Positions 1 to 10,429 of a stretch of DNA of 55,724 nucleotides are shown here, piece after piece. The notes under the pieces were generated by a model. The model did no database searches. It was not told where the DNA came from and was given only the letters and a program-made list of their open reading frames with translations. The stretch's first letter is position 1. Every line of letters starts with the position of its first letter. The stretch covers positions 186,001 to 241,724 of the forward strand of contig JAXLNO010000424.1 in assembly GCA_038087875.1 (NCBI GenBank), written 5' to 3'. The translations under genes were made by a program, and so were the position numbers. Source of the stretch: Malacoraja senta. Taxonomy: Eukaryota.

Positions 1-355
1 ATTCCACCTTCAGGGAACTATGCAGTTATTCCTAGATCCCTCTGTTCAACTGCATTCCTCAATTCGCTACCATTTACCGTGTACGTCCTATTTTGATTTG
101 TCCTGATTTGTCCCATCAGTCTATCCAACACCATTTCCTGCCTAATGTGGATTTCCTTGAGTTCCTCCGTCACCCCAGATCCTCTGGCCACTAGTACATC
201 AGGAAGATTGTTTGTGTCCTCCTTAGTGAAGATGGATCGAAAGTACCTGTTTAACTCATCTGCCATTTCCTTGTTCCCCATAATAAATTCACCTTTTTCA
301 GTCTTCAAGAGTCCAACTTTGGTCTTAACTAATGTTTTCCTCTTCACGTACGTAA
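1..355 (-). mobile_element. CR1-type LINE ORF2 fragment, internally deleted or chimeric
   Basis: ORF 18..347 (KTKVG.LKTEKGEFIMGNKE..DELNRYF.S.FTKEDTNNLPD) matches the CR1 piece at 37150-37390, then jumps at about 110 to a later RT segment (YTVNG..L..VEQRDLG). Confidence 0.8.
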
Positions 356-359
356 AGAA

Positions 360-850
360 GGAACAGCAGATGCCGGTTTACAAAGAGAGACAATCTCCTG
401 GAGTAACTTGCACATCTGGAGAGCATGGACAGGCACCATTCTAGGTCAGGACCCTTCTTCAGACTGCTTGGTGTGGGGGGTGGAGAAAGTTGGAAAGGAT
501 AGGAGGGAGTGGTCGCCTTAGATTCCCTTCCCTCTACAGATGCAGCCTGACCTACTGAGTTCCTCCACTGCTTTAGAGGGAAATGACAGATGATGTTTTG
601 AGTCAGGACCCTTCTTCAGGCTAAGTGGAGACGGTGGGGGGAGGAAGCTGAAAAAGAGAGATGGGGGCTGGACAAAGCCTGGCAAGTGACAGGTGGACAC
701 AAAATCCTGGAGTAACTCACCGGGACAGGCAGCATCTCTAGAGAGAAGGAATGGGTGATGTTTCAGGTTGAGACCCTTCTTCAGAAGTGATAGGTGGATA
801 TAGGTGAGGGAGACACAAGATACTGCAGATGCTGGAATCTTGCATAGAAC
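360..850 (-). repeat. Penelope-derived interspersed repeats (pLTR-like ends)
   Basis: Recurrent gtaactcagcgggtcaggcagcatct and gacccttcttcag motifs; the same motifs directly follow Penelope RT remnants at 33980 and 44480. Confidence 0.55.
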
Positions 851-860
851 ACAATTTAGT

Positions 861-1183
861 TAGATGCACAGAATCTCTTGCACAGAGTGGGGGGATCGAG
901 GACCAGAGGACATGAGTTCAAGGTGAAGGGGAAAAGATTTAAAAGGAAACTGAGGGGTAACTTGTTCACACAGAGGGTGGTGGCAGTATGGAACAAACTG
1001 TCGGAGGAGGCAGTTGAGGCTGTGACTATCCCAAGAAACAGTTAGACAGTTACATGGACAGGACAAGTTTGGAAGGATATGGACCAAACACAGGCAGGTG
1101 GGTCTAGTGTAGCTGGGACATGTTAGTCGGTGTGGACAAGTTGGGCCGAAGGGCCTGTTTCCGCACTGTATCACTTTATGACT
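861..1183 (+). mobile_element. CR1 LINE 3' end
   Basis: Degenerate RTRGH..K...RF....RG..FTQRVV..WN.L coding segment followed by a gggccgaagggcctgtttcc 3'UTR. Confidence 0.75.
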
Positions 1184-1184
1184 A

Positions 1185-1455
1185 ACACAGAGTGCTGGAG
1201 TAACTCAGCGGGTCAGGCAGCATCTGTGGAGAACATGGATAGGTGACATTCACAGAGTGCTGGAGTAACTCAGCGGGACAGGCAGCATCTCTGGAGAACA
1301 TGGATAGGTGACATTTCAGAGTGCTGGAGTAACTCAGCGGGACAGGCAGCATCTCTGGAGACAAGGAATGGGTGATGTTTCAGGTCGACACTGAAGATGG
1401 GTCTCGACCCTCAAACGTTACCCATTCCTCCCAGCATTTTGTGTCTACCTAAACA
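1185..1455. repeat. Tandem ~65-bp Penelope-derived units (x3)
   Basis: cagagtgctggagtaactcagcggg.caggcagcatct..ggagaacatggataggtgacatt repeated; the same unit recurs at 34905-35130. Confidence 0.8.
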
Positions 1456-1459
1456 GCCC

Positions 1460-3153
1460 CTATCTATCCACGTGGCGGTGTGCCAGCAGGCTGGAGGAGC
1501 GGGCAAAGATCTTGCTGCAGAGCAGGCAGGTGAAGGGGCGCTGGCCGGTGTGGACACGTCGGTGCTCCAGCAGGTGGTCAAGGCGGCTGAAACCCTTGCC
1601 AAACTCAGCGCACACATAAGGTCTCTCTCCGGTGTGTAACCGCTGGTGCTCCCGCAGCCCCCGTGCTCTCTTGTCGCAGTGGGAGAAGCTGCTCGCCGGC
1701 GTGGGTCCGCCGGTGCTGCCGCAACCCCCGCGAGCTGTCAAAGTCCTCACCGCAGTACAGGCAGTCGTAGGGCTGGCCACTGGTGTGCACGCACTGGTGA
1801 GACAGGGCGTGGGAGGCCATGGTAAAGCGCTCTCCACACACCGGGCTGGGGACGGGACGGTCGCCGGTGTGCACCCGCTGGTGGCACAGCAGTCTGGTGG
1901 AGCTGGCGAAGCCCTTGCCGCATTGGGCGCAGGTGGATGGGTGCTCGCCGGTGTGGGTGCGCTGGTGGGACCGCAGGCTGCTGGAGCGGGTGAAACCCTT
2001 GCCGCACTGGAAGCAGGTGTAGGGGCGCTCGCCGGTGTGGTGCGCTGGTGCCTCAGCAGGGTGCCGGAGAGGGCGAAACCCTTGCCGCACTGGGCGCAGG
2101 TGAAGGGGCGCTCGCCGGTGTGGGTGCGCTGGTGGGACAGCAGGTAGCTGGAGCAGATGAAGCCCTTGTCGCAGTAGCTGCTGGTGTAGGGACGCTCGCC
2201 GGTGTGGGTGCGCTGGTGGGACCGCAGGCTGCTGGAGCGGATGAGACCCTTGCCGCACTGGACGCAGGTGTAGGGGCGCTCGCCAGTGTGAGTGCGCTGG
2301 TGCCTCAGCAGGGTGCCGGAGAGGGCGAAAACCCTTGCCGCACTGGGCGCAGGTGTAGGGGCGCTCGCCAGTGTGGGTGCGCTGGTGCCTCAGGCAGGGT
2401 GCCGGAGAGGGCGAAACCCTTGCTGCACTGGGCGCAGGTGAAGGGGCGCTCGCTGGTGTGGGTGCGCTGGTGTGACAGCAGGTGACTGGTCTGGGTGAAG
2501 CCCTTGCCACACTGGACGCAGGTGTAGGGGCGCTCGCCGGTGTGGGTGCGCTGGTGCCTCAGCAGTCTGCCGGAGAGGGTGATACCCTTGCCACACTGGG
2601 CGCAGGTGTAGGGGCGCTCGCCAGTGTGGGTGCGCTGGTGGGACAGCAGGTAATTAGACTGGGTGAAGCCCTTGCCGCAGTAGCTGCAGGTGTAAGAGCG
2701 CTCGCCGGTGTGGGTGCGCTGGTGGGACGCAGTTTTGCCGGAGAGGGCGAAACCCTTGCCGCACTGGACGCAGATGTAGGGCCGCTCCCCGGTGTGCACA
2801 CGCCTGTGCACCTTCAGGTCCAACGACGACTTGAAGCCTTTGCCGCAGTTGGAGCAGGTGAAGGGCCGCTCACTGCTGTGCACCCGCCGGTGGTTCCTCA
2901 GCCCCGACAACCGGGCAAAGTTCTTGCCGCAGGTGCCGCAGCAATAGGGCTTCTCGCCAGTGTGAACCCGCTGGTGCATCTTCAGCTGTTTCGCCATCTT
3001 GATGCTCTTGTCGCACTCCGAGCCGTCGAAGGGGCGTTCTCCCATGAGCACCCGCCGGTGGATGTCCAGCCGGCTCGGGCACCGCCAGGCCTTGCCACAC
3101 ACGTCACACTCATAACGCTTCTCCTTGTTGTGCACCGTCATGTGGTCCCCCAT
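1460..3153 (-). pseudogene. Multi-C2H2 zinc-finger gene (paralog of 26654-28132), frameshifted as written
   Basis: Starts MGDHMTVHNKEKRYECDVCGK; tandem CxxC-12x-HxxxH fingers with TGERPY linkers split across ORFs 2305..3153, 1605..2510 and 1460..1837; 1-nt indels near 2393, 2330 and 2040. Confidence 0.85.
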
Positions 3154-3382
3154 CGAATCTCAGCCCTTCGAAGCTCAGCCCACACCTAGCAGATGGGGGA
3201 GCGGGGCTCACCGGCACCCTGGCCGCCCTCAATGGCCGCTCGCGTCCCTGTCTCTCCGTCCACAGCAACGGCTCCTAAACCCTCCAGGAGGGGAACACAG
3301 AGGGTCAACAAGCTGGCAAACAGGATATTACTAGCACATATTGGGTGCATTTATGGTGGAGGAAACCGTTATATAATTCCTG

Positions 3383-3679
3383 CGCGGCACTGGGGCACAG
3401 CGGTACAGTTGCTGCCTCACCGCCAGAGACCCGGGATCGATCCTGACTACAGGTGCTGTCTGTGCAGAGTTTGCACATTCTCCCCTTGACCTGCGTGGGT
3501 TTTTACTCCGGGTGCTCCAGTTTCCTCCAACATTTCAAAGACGTTCAGGGTCGTAAATTAATCGGACTCCGCAAAATTGTTAAATTGTCCCTGATGTGCG
3601 TAGGATAGTGCGAGTGTACGGGGTGATCGCTGGTCGGCGCAGAGTCCATGGGCCGAAAGACCTGTTTCCGCGCTGCATC

Positions 3680-3682
<3 letters not shown>
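3383..3682 (+). mobile_element. tRNA-derived V-SINE (HE1-like)
   Basis: tRNA-like head (ggcacagcggt...gggatcgatcc), V-domain gagtttgcacattctcccc..gcgtgggtttt..ccgggtgctcc.gtttcctcc, and CR1-type tail gggccgaaagacctgtttcc. Confidence 0.8.
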
Positions 3683-3938
<256 letters not shown>

Positions 3939-4044
3939 GACAGAAGCAATCTATTCCTCAGACTTTTATTAATACATTTTAGGTATGTACTTTTGTAGCA
4001 AACTTAACTACCTAGGCATTTACTTTTAATTTCTATTGCACTAT

Positions 4045-4970
4045 TGCGGATGACACAAAGCTGGGTGGCAGTGTGAACTGTGAAGAGGATGTTAGGAGGT
4101 TGCAGGGTGACCTGGACAGGTTGAGTGAGTGGGCGGATGCGTGGCAGATGCAGTATATATAGATAAATGTGAGGTTATCCACTTTCGCGGCAAAAACAAG
4201 GGGGCAGATTATTATCTCAATGTGGTTAGGTTAGGTAAGGGGGAGGTACAGCGAGACCTGGGTGTCCTTGTACACCGGTCACTGAAAGTTGGCGTGCAGG
4301 TACAGCAGGCAGTGAAGAAAGCTAATGGAATGTTGCCTTCATAACAAGAGGATTTCAGTATAGGAGTAAAGAGGTTCTTCTGCAGTTGTATAGGGCTCTG
4401 GTGAGACCACATCTGGAGTATTGTGTACAGTTTTGGTCTCCTAATTTGAGGAAGGACATCCTTGTGATTCAGGCAGTGCAGCGTAGGTTCACGAGATTGA
4501 TCCCTGGGATGGCGGGACTGTCATATGAGGAAAGATTGAAAAGACTAGGCTTGTATTCACTGGAGTTTTGAAGGATGAGGGGGAATCTTATGGAAACATA
4601 TAAAATTATAAAAGGACTGAACAAGCTAGATGCAGGAAACATGTTCCCAATGTTGGGCGAGTCCAGAACCAGGGGCCACAGTCTTAGAATAAAGGGGAGG
4701 TCATTTAAGACTGAGGTGAGAAAGAAAGTTTTCACCCAGAGAGTTGTGAATTTATGGAATTCCCTGACACAGTGTGCAGTGGAGGCCAAATCACTGGATG
4801 GATTAGAGAGAGTTAGATAGAGCTCTAGGGGCCAGTGGAATCAAGGGATATGTGGAGAAGGCAGGCACGGCTTATTGATTGGGGACGATCAGCCATATTC
4901 ACAATGAATGGCGGTGCTGGCTCGAAGGGCCGAATGGCCTCCTCCTGCACCTATTTTCTATGGTTTCTAT
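4045..4970 (+). mobile_element. CR1 LINE 3' fragment
   Basis: [40 protein letters not shown] and FTQRVVNLWNSL motifs; 3'UTR ending in ttctat repeats. Confidence 0.9.
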
Positions 4971-5347
4971 GCACATGATGTTTTTTTTGTCATAATTTAG
5001 CCATTTAGCTCATACCTGTGGCCTTAGTTTAATACATTTTGGAGTAATGCTTTTATAATTTTTACTTAATTCAATGGAACTTTAATTTTGTCATGGTCCT
5101 TTCTGCCATTTAGTTTTCTTTTAGCATAATGAATTATGGTTTTTATTTCAAGAATAAACATAAAAAAAAAACACATTAGCACAGATACAACCGTTAGACT
5201 CAAAACTTTATGGACATGGGTTTAAAAGGCAGCCTGAGGATTCATGTGGTTCTTATGAAATGCCAACTTGTGTAATGTCATCACAGCAGATTTAGAATTA
5301 TTTTACCGAGGGGTCGGGGTCGGATGTTTTGGGAACGACTCCACAGC

Positions 5348-6420
5348 CCAGTTTATTCCGCTCCCGTGTGTGTTTATAACATTATTTACCCCAGTTTTAC
5401 CCCAGACCGGGTTTAATTTGCTCCTCTGTGTGTTTATAACATTATTTACCTCAGTTTTACCCCAGACCGGGTTTATTCAAGATTCAAGAGAGTTTATTGT
5501 CGTGTGTCCCAGATAGGACAATGAAATTCTTGCTTTGCTTCAGCACAAAAGAATATAGACGGCATGAATACAGAACAGATCAGTGTGTCCATATACCATT
5601 GTATAAATATGTACACACATGTATAAATAAAACAGATAAAGTGCAAATAAACTGATAATGGGCTATTAATATTTAGAGTTTTGTTTGAGTTGAGTTCAAT
5701 ATCCTGATGGCTGTGAGGCTGTTTGTGTATTTTGTTCCCCTGTGTGTTGATAACATTATTTACCCGAGTTTCACCCCAGACCGGGTTTATTCCGCTCCCC
5801 TGTGTGTTTCTAATATTATTTACTGTATTATAACATTATTTACTGTCACTGTATGTCATGTTGTTACTTGTGGGCGGAGCACCAAGGCAAATTCCTTGTA
5901 TGTACTTGGCCAATAAACTTCCTTACTTTACCTCAGTTTTACCCCAGACTGGGTTTATTTTGTTCCCCTGTGGGTTTATAACATTATTTACCCCAGACCG
6001 GGTTTATTTTGCTCCCCTGCGTGTTTATAACATTATTTACCCCAGTTTTACCACAAACTGGATGTATTTTGTTCCCCTGTGTGGTTACAACATTATTTAC
6101 CTCAGTTTTACCCCAGAATGGGATTATTCCGCTCCCCTGTGGGTTTATAACATTATTTACTGTATTATAACATTATTTACTGTCACTGTATGTCATGTTG
6201 TTACTTGTGGGCGGAGCACCAAGGCAAATTCCTTGTATGTGAATACTTGGCCAATAAACTTATTTACTTTACCTCAGTTTTACCCCAGACTGGGTTTACT
6301 TTGTTCCCCTGTGTGTTTATAACATTATTAACCCCAGTTTTACTGGGTTTATTCCGCTCCCCTGTGTGTTTATAACATTATTTACCCCAAATTTACCAGG
6401 TTTATTCCCCCAGACGTGCA
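5348..6420. repeat. ~53-bp minisatellite interrupted by LINE 3'UTR fragments
   Basis: Unit ttattccgctcccctgtgtgtttataacattatttaccccagttttaccccagaccgggt. Inserts at about 5476-5720 (same family as 45975-46215), 5820-5925 and 6160-6270. Confidence 0.85.
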
Positions 6421-6600
6421 GTTTATGTGGTGATTTATTGATTATTTACAGAGAGGGGGGGTTGGGAGCCAGAGAGAGGGAGATGTTTATTTATAAGGTG
6501 TTTTATCTCAGGGCGCTGCTCCAGACGGTGAGTTTATATAATTGACCCCAGTTTGACCAGTTTGATTCCCCCAAACGTGGTTTATGTGGAGATTGCCCTC

Positions 6601-6633
<33 letters not shown>

Positions 6634-6714
6634 CCACACACACACATGTCGACACACGTGACTGTACCGGCCTGTACTGTACTGTACTGTACTGTACTGT
6701 ATGTGGTCATTGAC

Positions 6715-7410
6715 CTCACTCACCCACTCACTTCTCCCCCACGTGACCCGATCCCGCACAATCCGCTGCAGCCGCTGATGATCAGTTATTTATTTATCTC
6801 AGGTCCGTCGGCAGCGACGTCACCAACTGCCGCATCCCCACCCGCCCGCGCACCGCCATTTTCATGCGGTCGACGGGGAGACTCGGCCCCGGGGGGGAGG
6901 GGGCGAGACCGGCGGGCGGCCATCTTGGTGAGGGCAGGTATGGCCGCGGGCGGGCGCGGGGTTGGCGGTTGGAGACGTGGAGGGGGAACAAGATGAAGAT
7001 GACCCGCCCTCCCCGCCCGCCCTGCGCCGTGACGTCCGCCCTCCCCGCCCGCCCTGCGCCGTGACGTGAGCCCTCCCCGCCCGCCCTGCGCCGTGACGTT
7101 CTCCCTCCCCGCCCGCCCTGCGCCGTGACGTCCGCCCTCCCTGCGCCGTGACGTCACCGGCAATCCGAGGGCGTGGCTTCAGCTGGCAGTTGCTCGATGG
7201 CGGTTTGTTTTTAAATGTGAAGGCCGACACAAAATGGCGGCGAATGTGATGATGCTGCTTCACACTGAAGGTAAAATGTTGCAGTCACTTGGTCATAGAG
7301 TGATAGAGAACAACAGGGAAGCGACCTGCGAGATGAGCGGCCATCTTGGTGAGGGCAGGTGAGGTCGGTAGCCGGCGGCCATCTTGGTGAAGGCAGGTGA
7401 GGTCGGCGGT
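6715..7410. promoter_or_regulatory. CpG island, candidate bidirectional promoter
   Basis: High CpG density. Five TGACGT cores (full CRE TGACGTCA at 7149) with GC boxes. YY1-type motifs on both strands (ccgccatttt 6853, aaaatggcgg 7231, ggccatctt x3). Outward-facing splice donors: GTGAGT on minus at 6723/6731; plus-strand GT donors at 7271/7359/7397. Confidence 0.65.
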
Positions 7411-7700
7411 TGGAGCTTTGGACGGGTGGTTTTGGGTTGGTGAGTGTGGTTTCAGGTGCGTGAGGGTAGTTTCGGGTGGGTGAGGGTGGTTTCGGGTGGG
7501 TGAGGGTGGTTTCGGGTGGGTATCGGTGGTTTTCGGTGGTTTTGGGTGGATGTGGGTGGATGTGGGTGATTGAGGGTGGGTGAGGGTGGTTTCGGGTGGA
7601 TGAGGGTGGGTGAGGGTGGTTTCGGGTGGGTGTGGGTGGATGAGGGTGGGTGTGGGTGTATGAGGATGGTTTTGTGGGTGGTTTCTGGTGAGGGCGGTTT

Positions 7701-8871
7701 CATAGAAACATAGACAATTGGTGCAGGAGTAGGCCATTCGGCCCTTCGAGCCAGCACCGCCATTCAATGAGATCATGGCTGATCATCTGTTCGATGACGT
7801 TAAGCTTGGCGGTGGTAAGGCCTTCAGCATTGAACTGCAGTAGCGCTAAACCTCGACAGTTGGCGGCATTTAACGGTGCCGCCTGGCCTGGGGAGGCATG
7901 GCTTTTAGCGGTCTGCAGACGTGGTAAAGACATTTGTTTTGCTTTGTGGGCTTATGATCCTGTAAGCTACTCGTAGAGGAGGCCGCGTAGAGGCTGTCTT
8001 TGAGCAGATGGTCAAGAGGAGATGGAGAGACCAGTTGAAGTCAGCGGAAACATCTAGGCTACACCATTACATCGATGACCCCATGGACGTCCCTGGCCAG
8101 GACCTGCCCCGAAAGCAGTGGACAACCCTCAACCGCTTGAGGACAGGCGTCTTGAGGACGCTATGGAGTAGTGATGAAGAGGTGGGGGCCTCGTGACAGC
8201 GAGCGCCTCCTGCGAGTGTGGGGACTCAACACAGACAGTGGAGCACACATCGGCCACCGAACGGTGAACGAGGTCTGATTGACCTGGACGATGATACGTT
8301 GGCCTGGCTCGCCTCAACAGAGCTGCAGGTCTAAAAGACACACGACAGAAGAAGAAGATGGCTGATCATCCAACTCAGTATCCTGTACCTGCCTTCTCTC
8401 CATACCCCCTGATCCCTTTAGCCACAAGGGCCACATCTAACTCCCTCTTAAATATAGCCAATGAACTGGCCTCAACTACCTTCTGTGGCAGAGAATTCCA
8501 CAGATTCACCACTCTCTGTGTGAAAAAAAAAGTTTTTCTCATCTCGGTCGTAAAGGATTTCCCCCTTATCCTTAAACTGCGTGACTCCTTGTCCTCGACT
8601 TCCCCAACATCGGGAACAATCTTCCTGCATCTAGCCTGTCCAACCCCTTAAGAATTTTGTAAGTTTCTATAAGATCCCCCCTCAATCTTCTAAATTCTAG
8701 CGAGTATAAGCAGAGTCTATCCAGTCTTTCTTCATATGAAAGTCCTGACATCCCAGGAATCAGTCTGGTGAACCTTCTCTGTACCCCCTCTATGGCAAGA
8801 ATGTCCTTCCTCAGATTTGGATACCAAAACTGTACGCAATACTCTAGGTGTGGTCTCACCAAGACCCTGTA
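7701..8871 (-). mobile_element. CR1 LINE 3' fragment (interrupted at 7788-8357)
   Basis: [16 protein letters not shown]...RLRGDLIETYKI in ORF 8572..9018; the 3'UTR continues across the insertion. Confidence 0.85.
7788..8357 (+). mobile_element. Vingi/Ingi-like LINE, 5'-inverted, with 13-bp TSD
   Basis: Plus strand 8008-8330 encodes PGQDLPRKQWTTLNRLRTG...CECG..QTVEH plus a (gaa)n tail. Minus strand 7788-7990 encodes an endonuclease start (LLQFNAEGLT). TSD atggctgatcatc at 7775-7787 and 8358-8370. Confidence 0.7.
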
Positions 8872-9429
8872 TGGGTGGGTGAGGGTGGTTTTGGGCGGGT
8901 GAGGGTGGTTTAGAGTGGGTGAGGGTGGTTTTGGGTGGGTGTGGGTGGATGAGGGTGGTTCGGGTGGGTGTGGGTGTTTGAGTGAGGGTGGGTGTGGGTG
9001 GGAGGGTAAAAAAATCACAAATATACGTAAGTAAGTAAGTAAATTTTATTTATATAGCACGTTTAAATCAACTCGCATTGAAACCAAAGTGGTTTACATA
9101 AAAAATAATTAAGTTTCCGTACATCCATAGAAAAAATTAAAAATAAGAAAAAATGATACAACACATTATAGAATTCAACATGAACGTCCCCCCCCACAAC
9201 AGAATCAAAATTTCCCACAGTCCACGGCATCAAAAAGTTAAGTCCTCTTCCTCTGTGATCACCCAAATTACATTTTACTCAGATGCAAGCCAAGGAATGG
9301 CATAATTGTTAGCTGTTAATTGGACATAATTTTTCGTGTATTAACAACATATACCGGAAGCTGCGATGTCCTCCAGAGCGGCTCCATGCTTCATGCCCTT
9401 TGACCCGGTGACCTTGCTTGCAACCCCCC

Positions 9430-9945
9430 TATACCACATACACACTCTCAGACACACACGCACTCTCAGACACGCATGCACTCTCACTCACGCACGCACG
9501 CAGACACGCAAGCACTCTCAGACACACACTCACTCTCAGACACACATGCACTCTCACTCATGCACGCACTCTCAGACACGCACGCACTCTCTCACGCACG
9601 CACACACGCACGCACTCAGACACACACAGACTCACTCACACACACTCACTCACACACACACACACATACTCACTCACACAGACAGACTCACTTACACAAA
9701 CACACACTCACTCACAGACACACAGACACACACACTCACTCACACAGACTCACTCACAGAGACTCACTCACACACACAGTCACACACACACAGACACACA
9801 CACACACAGTCACACACACACAGTCACACACACACACACAGTCACACACACACATACAGTCAAACACACACACAGTCACACACACACACACACAGTCACT
9901 CACACACACACAGTCACTCACACACTGCCTCACACACACACACAA
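9430..9945. repeat. Degenerate (CA)n microsatellite
   Basis: CA/CACT/CAGA low-complexity run. Confidence 0.95.
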
Positions 9946-10429
9946 CCAATACTAAAATGCCAAGTAACTTCAGAACATGGTAAACATAGTGTGGAAACCG
10001 AATGATTCAAACGTTTAAAATCTCCAAATTTGCAAACACTTTACAACCATTACTTTTTCTGAAAACATTTTTTTTAAAGCCAAGAGAAACAAATTTGCAA
10101 ACACTTTACAACCAATACATTTTCTGAAAACACACACACAGACACACACACACACTCACAACCAATACTAAAACATTAATAACTCTCTGATTATTCATCG
10201 ATGGGAAAAAGCCTCTGGTCCAGCTCAGCGGAGGGGGACTCTGAGCGAGGTGGCCAAAAATCACGGCCGTAAGTGGCGGCGTTCTTTCAGAAATCACGAA
10301 TCAGAAAGCCAGAAAGTGGTCAAGATCTTAGTTTTAGTAATATAGATGAAGTAAAAAATTCAATTCCAAAAATTGCAACGTTGCACTTATCAAAGTCCAA
10401 GCGTTTACTTTCCACTCTCTTCAGAGTAT

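Larger units (their letters stand above)
7420..9008. repeat. G-rich minisatellite (gggtgagggtggtttcg) split by nested LINE insertions
   Basis: Repeat units at 7420-7700 and 8870-9008. Confidence 0.85.

Noticed and set aside
7935..8000. HDV-like ribozyme at the Vingi-like 5' end (ggcctcctc)
   Set aside because: Could not build the P1/P2/P3 pairings.
10195..10348. Helitron-like terminus (atctatattactaaaa on the minus strand)
   Set aside because: No matching hairpin or CTAG end identified.
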